Position numbers and translations under genes: made by a program. This document shows positions 62,801 through 64,000 of a stretch of DNA of 64,000 nt, in pieces (position 1 is the stretch's first letter; each line of letters opens with the position of its first letter). The notes under the pieces were generated by a model. The model saw only the letters and a program-made list of their open reading frames with translations. It was not told the origin of the DNA and did not search any database. Origin of the DNA: Felis catus (Eukaryota); the NCBI RefSeq assembly GCF_018350175.1, contig NC_058368.1, positions 7,130,001 through 7,194,000 of the forward strand, written 5' to 3'.

Positions 62801-63517
62801 GTGCATATGAGAAAGGTTTGCATCGTATGAATTATTTTCCCATTTGAAACCCAGAATCTCGCTCAAATGGCTTTCCAACCCATATTGTACTGAAGTATCC
62901 TGTTTGTTCCATTAACTATTCACAGAGTCAACTGGGGAACCGTTGTTATTAATTTCAATGGAAAGCTAAAATGCGGTTCATTTTCTATAATTGCAGGCCC
63001 ACGGTCTAAAGAGCCAGCAAAAGCTTTTAATCTGAGGCATTTTTAGAGGAGTATGATCAGAATTACATTGGACATCTTTTGAAGGTACGTAATTATGAAA
63101 ACCTCAATAACACTGACATTCAAAGAGCCCTATACCGTAGAGGCTCAACTCCCATACGGTGCACGGGCAAGCTGGGTTCCTGTTGGTTACTCATGATGGA
63201 GAAACGCCCGTGGGAAGGTCGACGATGTCTGCGCACGTTGCTTTTCTGGTGTATTCGAGCTATGTGAGCTCCTCATACCACACGGGAGGGGGAGGGGACA
63301 TACCCACCCCCCTTCTATCCGTAAAACGAAGTTCCTAGCTTCAGAGAGCCCGCGCTGGGCAGGGGGCTGCAAACACGGGGGAGGAAGTGAGGGTGGGCAC
63401 TCCCTCCAGCCACCAGAGGGCGTGAGAAGGCGACACAGTTAATCCTGGGATGCTGATGCTCCCTAAACCGGTTCCTCCACTTGCTGCTGTCCCCCAGACT
63501 ACTCAGGAGTCACACGT

Positions 63518-63594
63518 TTGGTCAAGGCTGTTGGTCACAATTCCTGTTGGTCACAATTCCATCCTGTTGGTCATCCTGTTGGTCACAATTCCAT
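63518..63594. repeat. Minisatellite-like CTGTTGGTCA(CAATTC) array
   Basis: ctgttggtca at 63528, 63544, 63564 and 63576. Confidence 0.9.
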
Positions 63595-63889
63595 GACGAT
63601 GGGGCCCCACACCTTCTCTTGCCCCTATCGAGAAGGACAGTAACGGAAAGAAGGGGAGGGACCCCGAGCAGCCACCATGAGCCACCTCTGCCCCCAGGCA
63701 ACTCAAACACCATCACCACCACGACATGGGTGGCTCAGAGGCTGTGGGAGACCAGGTGCAAGAGAGACGTCGGCTTCCATTCGAAACTGAAAACCACTGT
63801 ACAAACGCACCTGCCAGCCCTCGCTGCTGAGCAAGGGGACTACAGGGCTGAAAGAGGCGCATCAGCCCTGTTTCGGGTCAGCGCGGACT

Positions 63890-64000
63890 TAAAAAAAATT
63901 TTTTTTTAATGTTTATTTATTTTTGAGACAGAGAGACAGGGAGCACGAGCAGGGGAGGGGCAGAGAGAGAGGGAGACACAGAATGGGAAGCAGGCTCCGG
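63890..64000 (-). mobile_element. Can-SINE cut by the window edge
   Basis: Tail and 3' body visible. Confidence 0.93.

Noticed and set aside
63518..63594. CRISPR-like appearance of short repeats
   Set aside because: Eukaryotic DNA, no unique spacers, no cas genes.
1..64000. Naming the host gene or chromosome
   Set aside because: No exon or landmark I can recognise; any assignment would be a guess.

Overview
Non-coding mammalian nuclear DNA from a cat-family carnivore. The assignment rests on about 34 tRNA-derived Can-SINEs of the felid SINEC_Fc type, many with clear target-site duplications (TSDs). I see no credible protein-coding exon, RNA gene or processed pseudogene. The listed ORFs are chance frames, SINE translations or decayed L1/L2 remnants. 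The window reads as a large intron or gene desert. It is a mosaic of felid SINEs, old eutherian repeats (L1M, L2, MIR, MLT1/LTR40 LTRs, MER5A, MER63A) and several repeat-free, homeodomain-motif-rich blocks that resemble conserved developmental enhancers (best at about 41.6-42.4 kb). I cannot name the locus. I found no evidence for a new biological system. The best leads are: four independent micro-arrays built on the nuclear-receptor GGTCA core (perfect DR5, DR3 and DR2 geometries); a 10.5-kb SINE-free zone over the enhancer-like blocks next to a 16-SINE hotspot; nested and inverted SINEs; a diverged ~77-bp tandem duplication; and apparent GC/CpG gain in ancient repeats. Repeat family names come from recalled consensus features, not a database search, so subfamily labels and old-repeat boundaries are approximate.
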